Shown piece after piece: positions 48,157 through 57,329 of a stretch of DNA of 64,000 bases. The notes under the pieces were generated by a model, which saw only the letters and a list, made by a program, of their open reading frames with translations, did not search any database and had not been told where the DNA came from. Location: contig OZ253442.1 of the NCBI GenBank assembly GCA_965261085.1, forward strand, positions 4,128,001 through 4,192,000, written 5' to 3'. The DNA is from a bacterium. GTDB lineage: Bacteria > UBA8248. Positions within the stretch are counted from its first letter, which is position 1, and each line of letters begins with the position of its first letter. The translations under genes were made by a program, and so were the position numbers.

Positions 48157-49893
48157 TTATCCTTTCGGGGGAATCACCGGCAGCACCACGTGGGATGGAT
48201 GCGCCGGGCCGGTGTGCAGCGTCACCTTGCCGCCGAACAGTTCCGTCGGCCTGTCCTCTTTCAAGTCATGCTTGAAGGGCCCCACGCCGTAATAGACGCG
48301 ACCCGATATCTTCGCCGCGGAAGGCTCGTAGCCCGGCCAGACGTAATCGCGCCCGCGAACGCTCAAGGCGAGGCGGTATTCCCTGGGGATCACGATGGAA
48401 GTCGGCCAGATCTCGACGTCCAGTTCGTATATCTCACCGGGCGTCAGCGGCTGAATCTCATCGTGCGTGTGGTATGGCCTATAGGGCAGCGTGAGATTTT
48501 CATCCAGCTTTCTGTGCGAGGCCCTGAGCCACCCGATGGCCACGGGCGTATGCGGGTCGTTCGCGCCCCGGTAGACGATCTCCGTCATGTCCGGCGTGAA
48601 TACGCGCAGGTTGAGGAACAAATCGGCATCCTCCGTATCCGAGGAGACGAACAGCTTGGCCGCCACGGGGCCCGTGATCTCCGTTTCCTCGGCGAAAGGC
48701 GGCGAGACGTAGATTAAGCCGTCTCCCAGGGCGTCATAGGTTTTCTCCCGCTCGTTCGTCTGGGGATCGGCCCGGAAGGCGCCGGAACCTGAATGCAGGT
48801 AATACTTCGTCCACTGCGTGCGCGCGATGGGCCACTCGCTTTCCGCGCGCGCCACGAATTTCTCGCCCGGATGCCGCACCTGGAGCAGGACCTTGGGCTG
48901 CTCCTCCCAGCCGGTATCCTCGCCTTTCAGGAAATGGCCAAAGAATTTCTTTTGAAGCGCGACGCCGTAATCGGTATAAAAATGCGTGAAATGCTCGAGC
49001 CCGTGCATCTCGAGCCATTTCTCCTCGGTGGCCGATTGCACGAAGCCCTCCGTGTTGCCCCTGGGATGCAGGCCCACGCCGCCCCAGTTTCCCGCCGATA
49101 AGAGCGGCACGTTGATTTTCGAGTAATCGGGCATGCGCGCGCGCCAGTAATCGTCATCAAGGGGATGATCCAGTATGTCGCGCCCGTAATCGCTCCTGTT
49201 CGAGGCCAGTTCTTCTTCGCTCAGGTTCGCGGGGCCGGATATCCAGTCGCCGTTCATGCGGCTCTTGATGCCGCGATGGCCCTTGCCGTGCTGGCGGGGC
49301 ACGACGGCCTCCCGGTGCCAGGTGTCCGGGAAGCGGCAGGCGATGCCCCCGTGGTGGGCCAGATCGCGGTAGAAATCCGCCGCTCCCTCCCAGACGCACA
49401 TGGCGGCCAGGTGCGGCGGCTGGAGCGATGCCACCTGCCACTGGTTCATCCCGTAGTAGGAGATGCCGTTCAGCCCCACCTTCCCGTTGCTCCAGGACTG
49501 CCCTCCCGCCCATTCGATGCAGTCGTGAAAATCCCTGGCCTCGCGCGGCGACCACACCTCGAGATAACCCGGCGAGCGGCCCGCACCCCTTGAATCCACC
49601 CGCACGCAGGCGTAGCCGTCCGGCACCCATTTTTCGGGGTCCACGAGCTCCCAGTTCTGGTATTTGTTGCTCGTCCCCATGATGGTCTCGGGATAATCGT
49701 TCACCATCAGGCTCCACTGGTGGGGATAGCCGTCCTGTAAATGGAGCCACTTGGCGTAGGGGCCGTAGCTCATGATGACGGGATAATGCCCATCATCGTC
49801 GGGCCTATAGACATCGCAGCGCAGCACCACGCCGTCGTCCATCTCGATGGGTACGTCCCAGTCGATGCGCATCCCGTCTCTTGCCTCGCTCAT
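48157..49893 (-). CDS. CocE/NonD family hydrolase (tandem paralogue)
   Basis: Same motifs; collinear with the neighbouring copy. Confidence 0.92.
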   Translation of the reverse strand: MSEARDGMRIDWDVPIEMDDGVVLRCDVYRPDDDGHYPVIMSYGPYAKWLHLQDGYPHQWSLMVNDYPETIMGTSNKYQNWELVDPEKWVPDGYACVRVDSRGAGRSPGYLEVWSPREARDFHDCIEWAGGQSWSNGKVGLNGISYYGMNQWQVASLQPPHLAAMCVWEGAADFYRDLAHHGGIACRFPDTWHREAVVPRQHGKGHRGIKSRMNGDWISGPANLSEEELASNRSDYGRDILDHPLDDDYWRARMPDYSKINVPLLSAGNWGGVGLHPRGNTEGFVQSATEEKWLEMHGLEHFTHFYTDYGVALQKKFFGHFLKGEDTGWEEQPKVLLQVRHPGEKFVARAESEWPIARTQWTKYYLHSGSGAFRADPQTNEREKTYDALGDGLIYVSPPFAEETEITGPVAAKLFVSSDTEDADLFLNLRVFTPDMTEIVYRGANDPHTPVAIGWLRASHRKLDENLTLPYRPYHTHDEIQPLTPGEIYELDVEIWPTSIVIPREYRLALSVRGRDYVWPGYEPSAAKISGRVYYGVGPFKHDLKEDRPTELFGGKVTLHTGPAHPSHVVLPVIPPKG

Positions 49894-50071
49894 GTCTCGC
49901 CTTTCTAAAAAAAGGTGGAATCACCGTCGGTGACATATTTTGGGATGAGGGGAAATATAACCGAGCGGCGGTGCGGCGTCCAGATGTGGGGGGTGTTTCT
50001 TATGTCGGGAGGGGGGTTGAAGCTCTAGTCAAACTTGATGATGCAAAGCATTTCATACGTCGTGATGCGCG

Positions 50072-50209
50072 TTACAAAGAGGCCAGGAGATCGTCCACGG
50101 AATCGTAACTTTTAATCCTGCCCTCTCTGTAATCATCATCCGCCTCGTCTTCCATCGCCTGCCATTCATCGGAATAAAACCAAGAGAGGTCCTCTTGCAT
50201 AGTATCCAT
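50072..50209 (-). CDS. 45-aa acidic antitoxin-like peptide (below ORF-track cutoff)
   Basis: MDTMQEDLSWFYSDEWQAMEDEADDDYREGRIKSYDSVDDLLASL resembles type II antitoxin C-termini. Confidence 0.55.
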   Translation of the reverse strand: MDTMQEDLSWFYSDEWQAMEDEADDDYREGRIKSYDSVDDLLASL

Positions 50210-50437
50210 GGTGCCCTCGTAATTATGAACTGGCGGTTTTGTCTGCTACATTTTGGGTGAATATGAAGCGCAGTATTATCGAACCTATCACAAGATGATC
50301 CGAAAGCGCCTGAGACATTACGTGGTGCAGTCTGGAACCACCATAATTTGCGTCCCATGCATACCATTATTCAGATGGAGTTATTGGCAAAGGGTTTTAA
50401 TGGCAAGCAGCTTTCGTGGAAAATTCTCATGGCGTAA

Positions 50438-50632
50438 TCAAATCTTATCATCTATCCCAGCCGACTTGAGGATTCCGTTTGCTGTATGCTTGGATTTTGT
50501 GCTTTTAGGGACACTTACATGAACACTCGTATCAATACTGACCCATATTTCGTGGGATCCTTTGCCTTCTCGCCAAAACACAAAATTTGAGTCCTTGAGT
50601 TTCTGGGTCAATTTTCTGTAAATGTCTGTCAT
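50438..50632 (-). CDS. hicA: HicA-family toxin
   Basis: REGKGSHEIW, VSVP, HTANGILKSAGI. Confidence 0.88.
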   Translation of the reverse strand: MTDIYRKLTQKLKDSNFVFWREGKGSHEIWVSIDTSVHVSVPKSTKSKHTANGILKSAGIDDKI

Positions 50633-50904
50633 TGAGCAAAAACTTCACGGGTCGGACGTTCCTCATTGAATGGACGTTCCCAAACTACAGTTGAAAACAA
50701 GTCTTTAATCTTTCTCGTGGTGAACTCAGGGCCTTGAATATGGTTAGCGACTATAAGATCGCCAACGAGATCATTCATTACCTCTTCAAATTCATCTATT
50801 GTTTTTGCTTCAATATGCAGTCCCTTGATATTACTTTCAGAAACAAAAACTTCAGCCTCTTCGTCCCATGCAGTTTTTACAAAGAAGGTCATATTCGAAC
50901 TCAT
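50629..50904 (-). CDS. DUF1902/HicB-like antitoxin
   Basis: AWDEEAEVFVSESNIKGLHIEAKTIDE; ATGA overlap with hicA. Confidence 0.78.
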   Translation of the reverse strand: MSSNMTFFVKTAWDEEAEVFVSESNIKGLHIEAKTIDEFEEVMNDLVGDLIVANHIQGPEFTTRKIKDLFSTVVWERPFNEERPTREVFAQ

Positions 50905-51278
50905 GATTTTCTCCCTCGAACAACAAATACGGGTTCAATTCCCTCCACGGCCTCCCCATCTATTTATTTGACGTGGATATCTTCTTATCCGCCGCTCTAA
51001 AGATGGTTTTTTCAATTTTTCGTGGCGTAGCTGGTATCAGATAAACTACGCTCCTCACCGGACGCCCCGGTGATTTGGAACCCATGGTTTCCCCTGTGAT
51101 ATTTAGTGTAGGCGACTGTCAACAGAAATATCGCCCCATGTAACGGAAATGTCAATGTTCCGCATATGGAACGAAAACAATTTTGATGGCCGCCACTATT
51201 TTGGCGTGCCAAGTTACGCATATAATTCCCACTTATTCATTTCTTTAAATCGAGGCGATTAAAGTCACTCCCCCACCC

Positions 51279-51851
51279 TCACTCGATGCGCTCCTCGAGC
51301 GTTCGCGTTGACTCCTCGACGATTTCGCACACCTTGTCCATCACCTCGGGATGCTCGCGGAAAGATTCGCGCACTTCCTTGACGATCGCCATCTTGGCGG
51401 CGGCGAAGCCATCCTCGTACTGGAGCCTCAGCCGCTCGGCCGATATGCGGCTGCGCTCGAGCGCGTTCACCATCTGCGCGAGTTTCTCGGGCGTCAAGCC
51501 CTCGAAGGATTCTTTCCCCATCTGCGAGACGGCCTCGACCGCCTGGGCCATCAGCATCCGCCGCGCGGCGGCGGCCACCTTCTCGCCCGGGTCCCTGCCC
51601 TCGCCGTCATAGGCCATAACCTCCTCAATCAACTCATCCACCATGGCTTCCACCCGCTTGGTCTTGCGGATGCCCTCGAGCAGGCGGTTGTTGCGCGCGC
51701 CCACGGAGCCGAGCGCTATCTTCTCCCCGGTGGCCTCCTCGAAGGCCTCGGCCACCTCCTTGTAGGTTTTCCCCTCGGCGAGCAGAGGGTCGACGATTTT
51801 CTCGGCGCCATATTCCACTACTTTCGACCTCCGTCCCCGCCTCCTCTCCAT
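51279..51851 (-). CDS. Mu gp27/DUF3486-like protein (putative small terminase)
   Basis: RGRRSKV N-terminus, TYKEVAEAF HTH-like segment, helical C-terminus; TGATG coupling to upstream gene. Confidence 0.65.
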   Translation of the reverse strand: MERRRGRRSKVVEYGAEKIVDPLLAEGKTYKEVAEAFEEATGEKIALGSVGARNNRLLEGIRKTKRVEAMVDELIEEVMAYDGEGRDPGEKVAAAARRMLMAQAVEAVSQMGKESFEGLTPEKLAQMVNALERSRISAERLRLQYEDGFAAAKMAIVKEVRESFREHPEVMDKVCEIVEESTRTLEERIE

Positions 51852-52183
51852 CAGAGATCTCCCACGAGGATGTCTGGAGAGGCGGAGACGGCTCCTTCGA
51901 GCAGGCCGCGCCCCTTGCGGGTCAGGTGCGCCTCATAATCCGTCAACAGGCGCCCGAAACCGCCCGGGGTGCGCTTTTCCACCAAACCCCGCTCCGCCAG
52001 ATCGTCCACGAAGGCCTCGAGCGTCTCACGGCCCAAGGGCGCGCCGTCTTCATGGTGGCCCGCCTCGCGCAGCGCACTCCAAAGGAGAAGGCTGCCCACG
52101 CACGATTTCACCTGAAAGGCTTCCTGATAATAGAGCGTCTTCAATATGTCGCCGCGCAGGACGCGGGCCGCCAACTCGTTCAC
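51851..52183 (-). CDS. Mu gp26-like winged-helix protein
   Basis: RGDILKTL...DLAERGLVE...AHLTRKGRGLLEG; GAGGAGG SD; precedes gp27-like gene. Confidence 0.6.
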   Translation of the reverse strand: MNELAARVLRGDILKTLYYQEAFQVKSCVGSLLLWSALREAGHHEDGAPLGRETLEAFVDDLAERGLVEKRTPGGFGRLLTDYEAHLTRKGRGLLEGAVSASPDILVGDL

Positions 52184-52191
52184 AATGAAAC

Positions 52192-52349
52192 ACCTCCTCG
52201 ATGACTTTCATACCGGTGCGCCGGACGCCGCTCGCCGAAATCCAGGCCTCTTCCAAGCACTGAACTACCTCCTCGATGACTTTCATACCGGTGCGCCGGA
52301 CGCCACTCGCCGAAATCCAGGCCTCTTCCAAGCACTGAACTACCTCCTC
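52192..52349. repeat. 75-bp tandem duplication (two copies plus 8 bp)
   Basis: Units start at 52192, 52267 and 52342; one mismatch (G52230/A52305). Confidence 0.95.
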
Positions 52350-52403
52350 CATGACATTGATACTGAAATACCAAAGACCCCCGCGCGCGGCGGAAACTCA
52401 CCC

Positions 52404-52455
52404 AATATAGAACGCGGCGCAGGTTCGGGCGGCACGGAAAATGCGGGGAAATGCG
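52404..52455 (-). promoter_or_regulatory. Shared late-type promoter, copy upstream of gp26/gp27-like module
   Basis: Minus strand CGCATTTCCCCGCATTT (52455-52439), N29, TATATT (52409-52404). Confidence 0.72.
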
Positions 52456-52518
52456 GACTCGGGCGCGTTGAGAAAAGAATTTCGGAGTTGCACAATGCCG
52501 CCAGAGGAGGAGGCTTCG

Positions 52519-52911
52519 ATGCGCTCGAGTATCTGGATATTCGCCGCACTCGCCACATTCGCGCTGTGGTTCGCGTGGCTGCCCGACGCGCCGGCCCTGG
52601 GCCACGGGGAGGAGGAAATCCTCCTGTTCGCCTATCTGGCGGAAGAGCGCAACCTCCTGAGAATCTCGACCGCCATCGTGGGCGGCATCATCCTGGCGAT
52701 GGGCGCCTTCATCACCCAGCAATCGCGCGCCGAGGCGAGAGAGCACGCGGGACCTGAATTCTCCGGCTTCAAGGTGATGATGCCGGGGCTGCTCGTCACC
52801 TCCCTGGGCGTCGCCGTGCTGTTCACGGCCGCCTTCATCCTGCCCGAGCAGATCAAGATCTTGCACGATCATCCCCTGGAGCATATCGAGACGAAAACCA
52901 CGGAAAAATAG
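52519..52911 (+). CDS. Hypothetical membrane protein
   Basis: GAGGAGG SD; signal/TM segment plus two further TM segments. Confidence 0.6.
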   Translation: MRSSIWIFAALATFALWFAWLPDAPALGHGEEEILLFAYLAEERNLLRISTAIVGGIILAMGAFITQQSRAEAREHAGPEFSGFKVMMPGLLVTSLGVAVLFTAAFILPEQIKILHDHPLEHIETKTTEK

Positions 52912-52939
52912 GAACGGCCCGCGAGCCGCCCTCGTCCCC

Positions 52940-53362
52940 TCACCGCGTCTTTCCCGTCAATTTCTCGACGGTGCGAAGCGCGCCCAGACCCAGCATCCCC
53001 AGGGTGAGTTCCAACAATCCCTCCGCCGAGACGGGATAGGGCACGAGCTCACCGCTCATCAGCACCTGCCGCGTCCAGAGCCATGCGCCCAGGGCGTACT
53101 GGGGGATGAAGTAAAAGGCGAGCGAGACGCCGCAGGTCCACAGGATGAACGGCCTGCCCCCGGCGACGAAGGCGCTTCGGTGGGCGGCCTCTATCTTGTT
53201 GATCTCGTTCTGGGCTTCGGCGGGGCGCATCATCAGCTTTTGTTTTATCGCCTCCGCCGCGCGTCTCTCATCAGGCGTCTCGACGAACTTGTCGATGACG
53301 TTGGCGACACCCTCCGCCGCCGTGATGACGCCGCCGCCGATGAGGTTTTCCAAAAAGGCCAT
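52940..53362 (-). CDS. 3TM-type holin (family described as 'holin for gene-transfer release')
   Basis: IDKFVET, EINKIEAAHRSAFVAGGRPFILW, GMLGLGALRTVEK; TGATG coupling to lysozyme. Confidence 0.8.
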   Translation of the reverse strand: MAFLENLIGGGVITAAEGVANVIDKFVETPDERRAAEAIKQKLMMRPAEAQNEINKIEAAHRSAFVAGGRPFILWTCGVSLAFYFIPQYALGAWLWTRQVLMSGELVPYPVSAEGLLELTLGMLGLGALRTVEKLTGKTR

Positions 53363-53775
53363 CACGCGCTCCTCATGCTCTCGGCGACCCTGCCCGCCCG
53401 GGCCGGCAGTTCCCTCGCGTAATCGGAATCGAGCGCCTCCACAGCCGCGCGCTCGTAATCGCCCTCTCTCAGCGCGGCCCACATTCTCTTGAAACCCAGA
53501 AGGCTCGGCACGCCCATGTTGTAGGCCATGTTCAAAACCGCGCGCTGCGCGAGGGGTCTCAGATTTTTATACACCTCGCCGACGCGGGAGCGCTCGAGTT
53601 CTCCGGCCATCAGGCCGAGCCGATGCCGGAGGAGCAGTTCCGCTTCGGCTTGCGATATGCCGTCTTCCAGCAGCGTTCCGTAGCCGATGGTCTTCTTGCG
53701 CTTGCCGTCGAGATACACTTTCGCGACGAAACCCTCCTCGCGCTTGATATCCTCTACGAGTTCGTCCGTGAGCAT
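53362..53775 (-). CDS. Phage lysozyme (GH24, T4-like)
   Basis: IKREEG...YLD...TIGYG, NMAYNMG, FKRM, EALDS. Confidence 0.9.
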   Translation of the reverse strand: MLTDELVEDIKREEGFVAKVYLDGKRKKTIGYGTLLEDGISQAEAELLLRHRLGLMAGELERSRVGEVYKNLRPLAQRAVLNMAYNMGVPSLLGFKRMWAALREGDYERAAVEALDSDYARELPARAGRVAESMRSA

Positions 53776-53993
53776 CCCTCACCCTCCCCTTCAGGCAAGT
53801 CCCCGGCCTCACCCACCTCTTGCATCAGTCGCCGGAGCGCCGCCGCGCCCTTTCGAGCGCTCGCACGATGCGCATAGGCCTGGCTCGACGCCAGGATGCG
53901 TCCGTTCCTCGCTCGCACACGGAAGCGATGCCGCCCGGATTTATCCCTGAAAATATCGACGGGGCGATATTTGGCTCTCTTTACGGCCTGCAT
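53754..53993 (-). CDS. DUF1508/YegP-family protein
   Basis: IFRDKSGRHRFRVRARNGRILASSQAY. Confidence 0.75.
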   Translation of the reverse strand: MQAVKRAKYRPVDIFRDKSGRHRFRVRARNGRILASSQAYAHRASARKGAAALRRLMQEVGEAGDLPEGEGEGCSRTNS

Positions 53994-54199
53994 ACGAAAC
54001 CCCCCAGGAAAAAGCCCAACACCACGAGGCATGCGCCCGCAACGATCAGGCGCAAGACAGTGCGCTTTCCCCCAGCCCAGCGCGATAGCATGGCGTCCGT
54101 TTTTCCTTCGAATTCATTTTTCTCAGACATTGCTTTCCTCTCTTTCCGGTAGCGAAATCCCGCGCGTCGCCCGCGAGCGATGCGCCTTCTATGCGGGAG

Positions 54200-54261
54200 A
54201 GTTTATGTCTTGATAGCGCGCGCCCTATGACGGAAAATGCGGGCAACTGCGGGGTGATGCG
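54200..54261 (-). promoter_or_regulatory. Shared late-type promoter, degenerate copy upstream of lysis module
   Basis: Plus strand AAATGCGGGCAACTGCG (54235-54251, 15/17 match) with a third unit to 54261; minus-strand TAAACT (54205-54200) at the same N29 spacing. Confidence 0.6.
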
Positions 54262-54401
54262 CCCCTGATTCCCCATGCGCGCGGAAAACATCGAAAACGG
54301 CGTTTCAACCGGCCGGAAAGGGGTGATAAAATGCGCATCGCCCAAAGTCGTTTGATATAATGCGCGACGCAGCGCATGCCGCCACACAAAGGAGACGAAC
54401 A

Positions 54402-54890
54402 ATGAAAAAACTGACGGCCACCCTCCTCATCGCCGTATTCAGCCTGGGGCTCGCCGGGTGCCGCACGGACGGAAGCATGGACAAACAGACCGGCGGAGCG
54501 ATTCTGGGCGGAATCGCGGGCGGCCTGCTCGGCTCGCGGGTCGGCAAGGGCCGGGGACGCCAGGCGGCGACCATCGCGGGCGCCGTTCTCGGCAGTCTCG
54601 TAGGCAGTTCCATCGGAAAACAACTCGACGAGCGCGACCGCCTGCTGATGGGGCGCAGAACGCAAACAACGCTCGCGCGCGGCAAGTCGGGCGTGGCCGG
54701 CACATGGGTGAACCCGGATTCGGGAAACCGGGGCACCATCACGCCCAAGCGCACCTACCAGGTGAGAAGAGGCGCGACAAGCACCTATTGCCGCGAGTTC
54801 CAGCAGACCATCACCGTGGGCGGCAAGACAGAGCGCGCCTATGGCCGCGCCTGCCGCCAGCCCGACGGTAGCTGGAAGATAGTCAACTAG
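54402..54890 (+). CDS. Glycine-zipper lipoprotein (17-kDa surface antigen-like)
   Basis: Lipobox LAGC, glycine zipper, YCREFQQTITVGG, ACRQPDGSW. Confidence 0.88.
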   Translation: MKKLTATLLIAVFSLGLAGCRTDGSMDKQTGGAILGGIAGGLLGSRVGKGRGRQAATIAGAVLGSLVGSSIGKQLDERDRLLMGRRTQTTLARGKSGVAGTWVNPDSGNRGTITPKRTYQVRRGATSTYCREFQQTITVGGKTERAYGRACRQPDGSWKIVN

Positions 54891-55010
54891 GCGCGAACCG
54901 CGCCATCGGCGCACATCGTAAATGCTCCTCGACCACGCCGGGAAATCCGCCCGCCTGGAGTCCGCACTTCTTGAGGGATATAATCCGGGTTCACCCACAA
55001 GGGGCGTCTC

Positions 55011-55409
55011 ATGAAAAGACACATCTGCGCGGGCGTGGCGTTCATGTTCTTCGTATCCGGGTGTGCGGGCTCGGGACCCATTCCGGTGGTGCAATTCGTA
55101 CCCGGAGACAAGAAACGCAACTGCGCGTCGCTCCAGGCGGAAATCAAGGCCAACAAGAAGGAAATCGAAAAGAAGACCACCGAGCGAACGAACAAGACGT
55201 TCAAGAACTTAGGCCTCGGAGCGACGGGCGTGTTCCTCATCGCGCCGTGGTTTTTCATGGATTTAAAGGGCAAGGAAGCGGACGAGACGAAGGCGCTAGA
55301 GCGGCGAAACGCCGCACTTCGCCGCATCGCCTTCGTCAAGGGCTGCAACGCGCCGACTCCCATCGTCACTCACCAGAGAAAACAGAAAGCGGGAGAGAAA
55401 GTGAAATAG
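55011..55409 (+). CDS. Hypothetical lipoprotein
   Basis: Lipobox VSGC; GDKKRNCASLQAEI; PWFFMDLK. Confidence 0.7.
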   Translation: MKRHICAGVAFMFFVSGCAGSGPIPVVQFVPGDKKRNCASLQAEIKANKKEIEKKTTERTNKTFKNLGLGATGVFLIAPWFFMDLKGKEADETKALERRNAALRRIAFVKGCNAPTPIVTHQRKQKAGEKVK

Positions 55410-55568
55410 CACCGAGAATCACGACAAATCGAGCCGATCATGGACTTAACAAACCGCACCATCTGGAACTTCCGCCTAGCAAGGAATATAATCCATATTT
55501 AAGCAAATTCATCGACCAAATAGATCAGAAAGTGGTCGAGAAGCATTTCAACACCTAGGATCAATAAT

Positions 55569-56540
55569 GTGAATACCAATACAACCATTCGCGAGCCAAG
55601 CGCTAACGTCACGAAGGAGGCGCCTTGCCGCCAAACACGGTATCCATCACCCGCTCCAATCAGTTATGTCAGGATCAACGAACTTGAAAGACCGCCCTTT
55701 GAAACCATAGATCGGTCACTACTCATATACGGGGATGCCCATCAAGCGCTTGACTTGTTGCCGGATGAATCCGTGCAAACTGTTGTTACGTCCCCGCCGT
55801 ACTGGTCGCTTCGAGATTACGAAGTAGAAGAGCAGCTCGGTTGCGACGATGCCTTGGAGGATTACGTAGAAAGCATCGTGAAAACTTTCGAGAAAATTAG
55901 GCGCGCTCTTCGGCCTGATGGAACGGTGTGGCTAAATATTGGGGACGCGTACACGTCTGGAAACCGCCGCTACCGGGCACCGGACAGAAAGAATCGCGCT
56001 CGTGCGATGAAAGTCAGGCCGCCGACTCCAAGCGGACTGAAGCCGAAAGACCTGATAGGTGTCCCGTGGCGATTGGCGTTCGCGTTTCAAAAAGCCGGAT
56101 GGTGGCTTCGCTCGGAAGTGATCTGGCACAAGCCGAACGCACATCCGGAATCTGTTCGGGACCGCCCCACGAAAGCGCACGAGACATTGTTTCTACTATC
56201 AAAAAACCAAAACTACTATTACGATGTTGGAGCCGTCCGGGGGCCGAACGATCGGAGGCTACGCACTGTCTGGGATATTCCAACAGAGCCCAGAAAGAAT
56301 GGACAAGTCGACGAGCACCCAGCGATTATGCCAATGTCGCTAGCAAGCAGATGCGTCAACATTACCACCAAGCCAGAAAGCGTTGTCCTCGATCCATATG
56401 CGGGCTCGGGAACAACTTTACTCGCTGCGCAAAAACTCGCGCGAAAATGGGTGGGTGTTGAACTCAAAGCCTCATTCGTGAACCTGATCGAGCGACGAAT
56501 GAACAGTAAATGGCTCTCCAAGAGCTTAAATCCAAACTAG
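55569..56540 (+). CDS. Beta-class N4-cytosine DNA methyltransferase, M.SmaI/M.Cfr9I-like
   Basis: TSPPY N-terminal, DPYAGSGT C-terminal; RPPTPSGLKPKDLIGVPWRLAFA recalled from the SmaI/Cfr9I group. Confidence 0.85.
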   Translation: MNTNTTIREPSANVTKEAPCRQTRYPSPAPISYVRINELERPPFETIDRSLLIYGDAHQALDLLPDESVQTVVTSPPYWSLRDYEVEEQLGCDDALEDYVESIVKTFEKIRRALRPDGTVWLNIGDAYTSGNRRYRAPDRKNRARAMKVRPPTPSGLKPKDLIGVPWRLAFAFQKAGWWLRSEVIWHKPNAHPESVRDRPTKAHETLFLLSKNQNYYYDVGAVRGPNDRRLRTVWDIPTEPRKNGQVDEHPAIMPMSLASRCVNITTKPESVVLDPYAGSGTTLLAAQKLARKWVGVELKASFVNLIERRMNSKWLSKSLNPN

Positions 56541-57255
56541 ACCAGCTATCACCAGTCAAAGTGCAGTTCGTGGCGAAGGTTATCGAAGCCCTATCCAATC
56601 CGCCACAAGTAAGCATCAAAAAGGGAACATGGATTACTCGCTCCGCGGATTGGATAGAGTATTTCGGCCTCGCGCTTTCATTACATCACGGAACAACCAC
56701 AGAACCTCTGGACCGGACCATGTTCGAGACAGTATTCAGGAATGCCTGTACTTCCATGAACTGGAAAGTCGATGAACCGGGAAGCCCGACCAGGCGCTTT
56801 TCGATCTTGAAGTTCAAGCAGGCAATGAGCCCAAAAGACGAATTTCGTTGAAATCGACCTCTGCAAAAAACTTGTCAGAAACGAGAGCGCATATTTCCAA
56901 ACTGACCGAAGCGGCATGGATACAGGATCTGCGCAGAGCGCAAGAACGACGCAACCAAACGCTCAGTTTGTTCAATGACTATACGAACGCCGAAGATGCA
57001 ATCGTTATGTTGAGGGCTTTTAGAGAGGGAAACAATATCCCGCATCGCTACCAGCTTATCGAGATTCCAACTGCGATCTTTGAGCCGGTTCAGGAAGCTC
57101 CGGTAGAAATTTTCAGGAATGACGCGCCAGTTATCGTATACAATATGAGAGGAAATACCGTCGCTCGGGTCGCGATAGATCGTTCCGATGCAAAAATTAC
57201 AATCCGTAGCATCCTCCTGAGTGCGTGCGTTGTTCATGCGGAATGGCTTACCTGA
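56510..57255 (+). pseudogene. Type II restriction endonuclease (SmaI-like), frameshifted near 56797-56801
   Basis: Two ORFs join into ~248 aa by adding one base (RRF-x-DLEV...ISLKS); FG..L..HH, AKNLS...HISK, YQLIEIP, CVVHAEW resemble R.SmaI. Confidence 0.65.
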
Positions 57256-57329
57256 CCAAACCTACGTGTTAGCCAGTAAAAAATACTTAACGCATCGCCT
57301 CGCCGCCGCATTTCGCAAAGGGTCACGCC

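Noticed and set aside
51190-51215. Sigma54 promoter (TTGGCACG on minus strand)
   Set aside because: No TTGC at the -12 position.
52192-52349. Possible CRISPR array
   Set aside because: Whole 75-bp units are duplicated, with no unique spacers and no cas genes.
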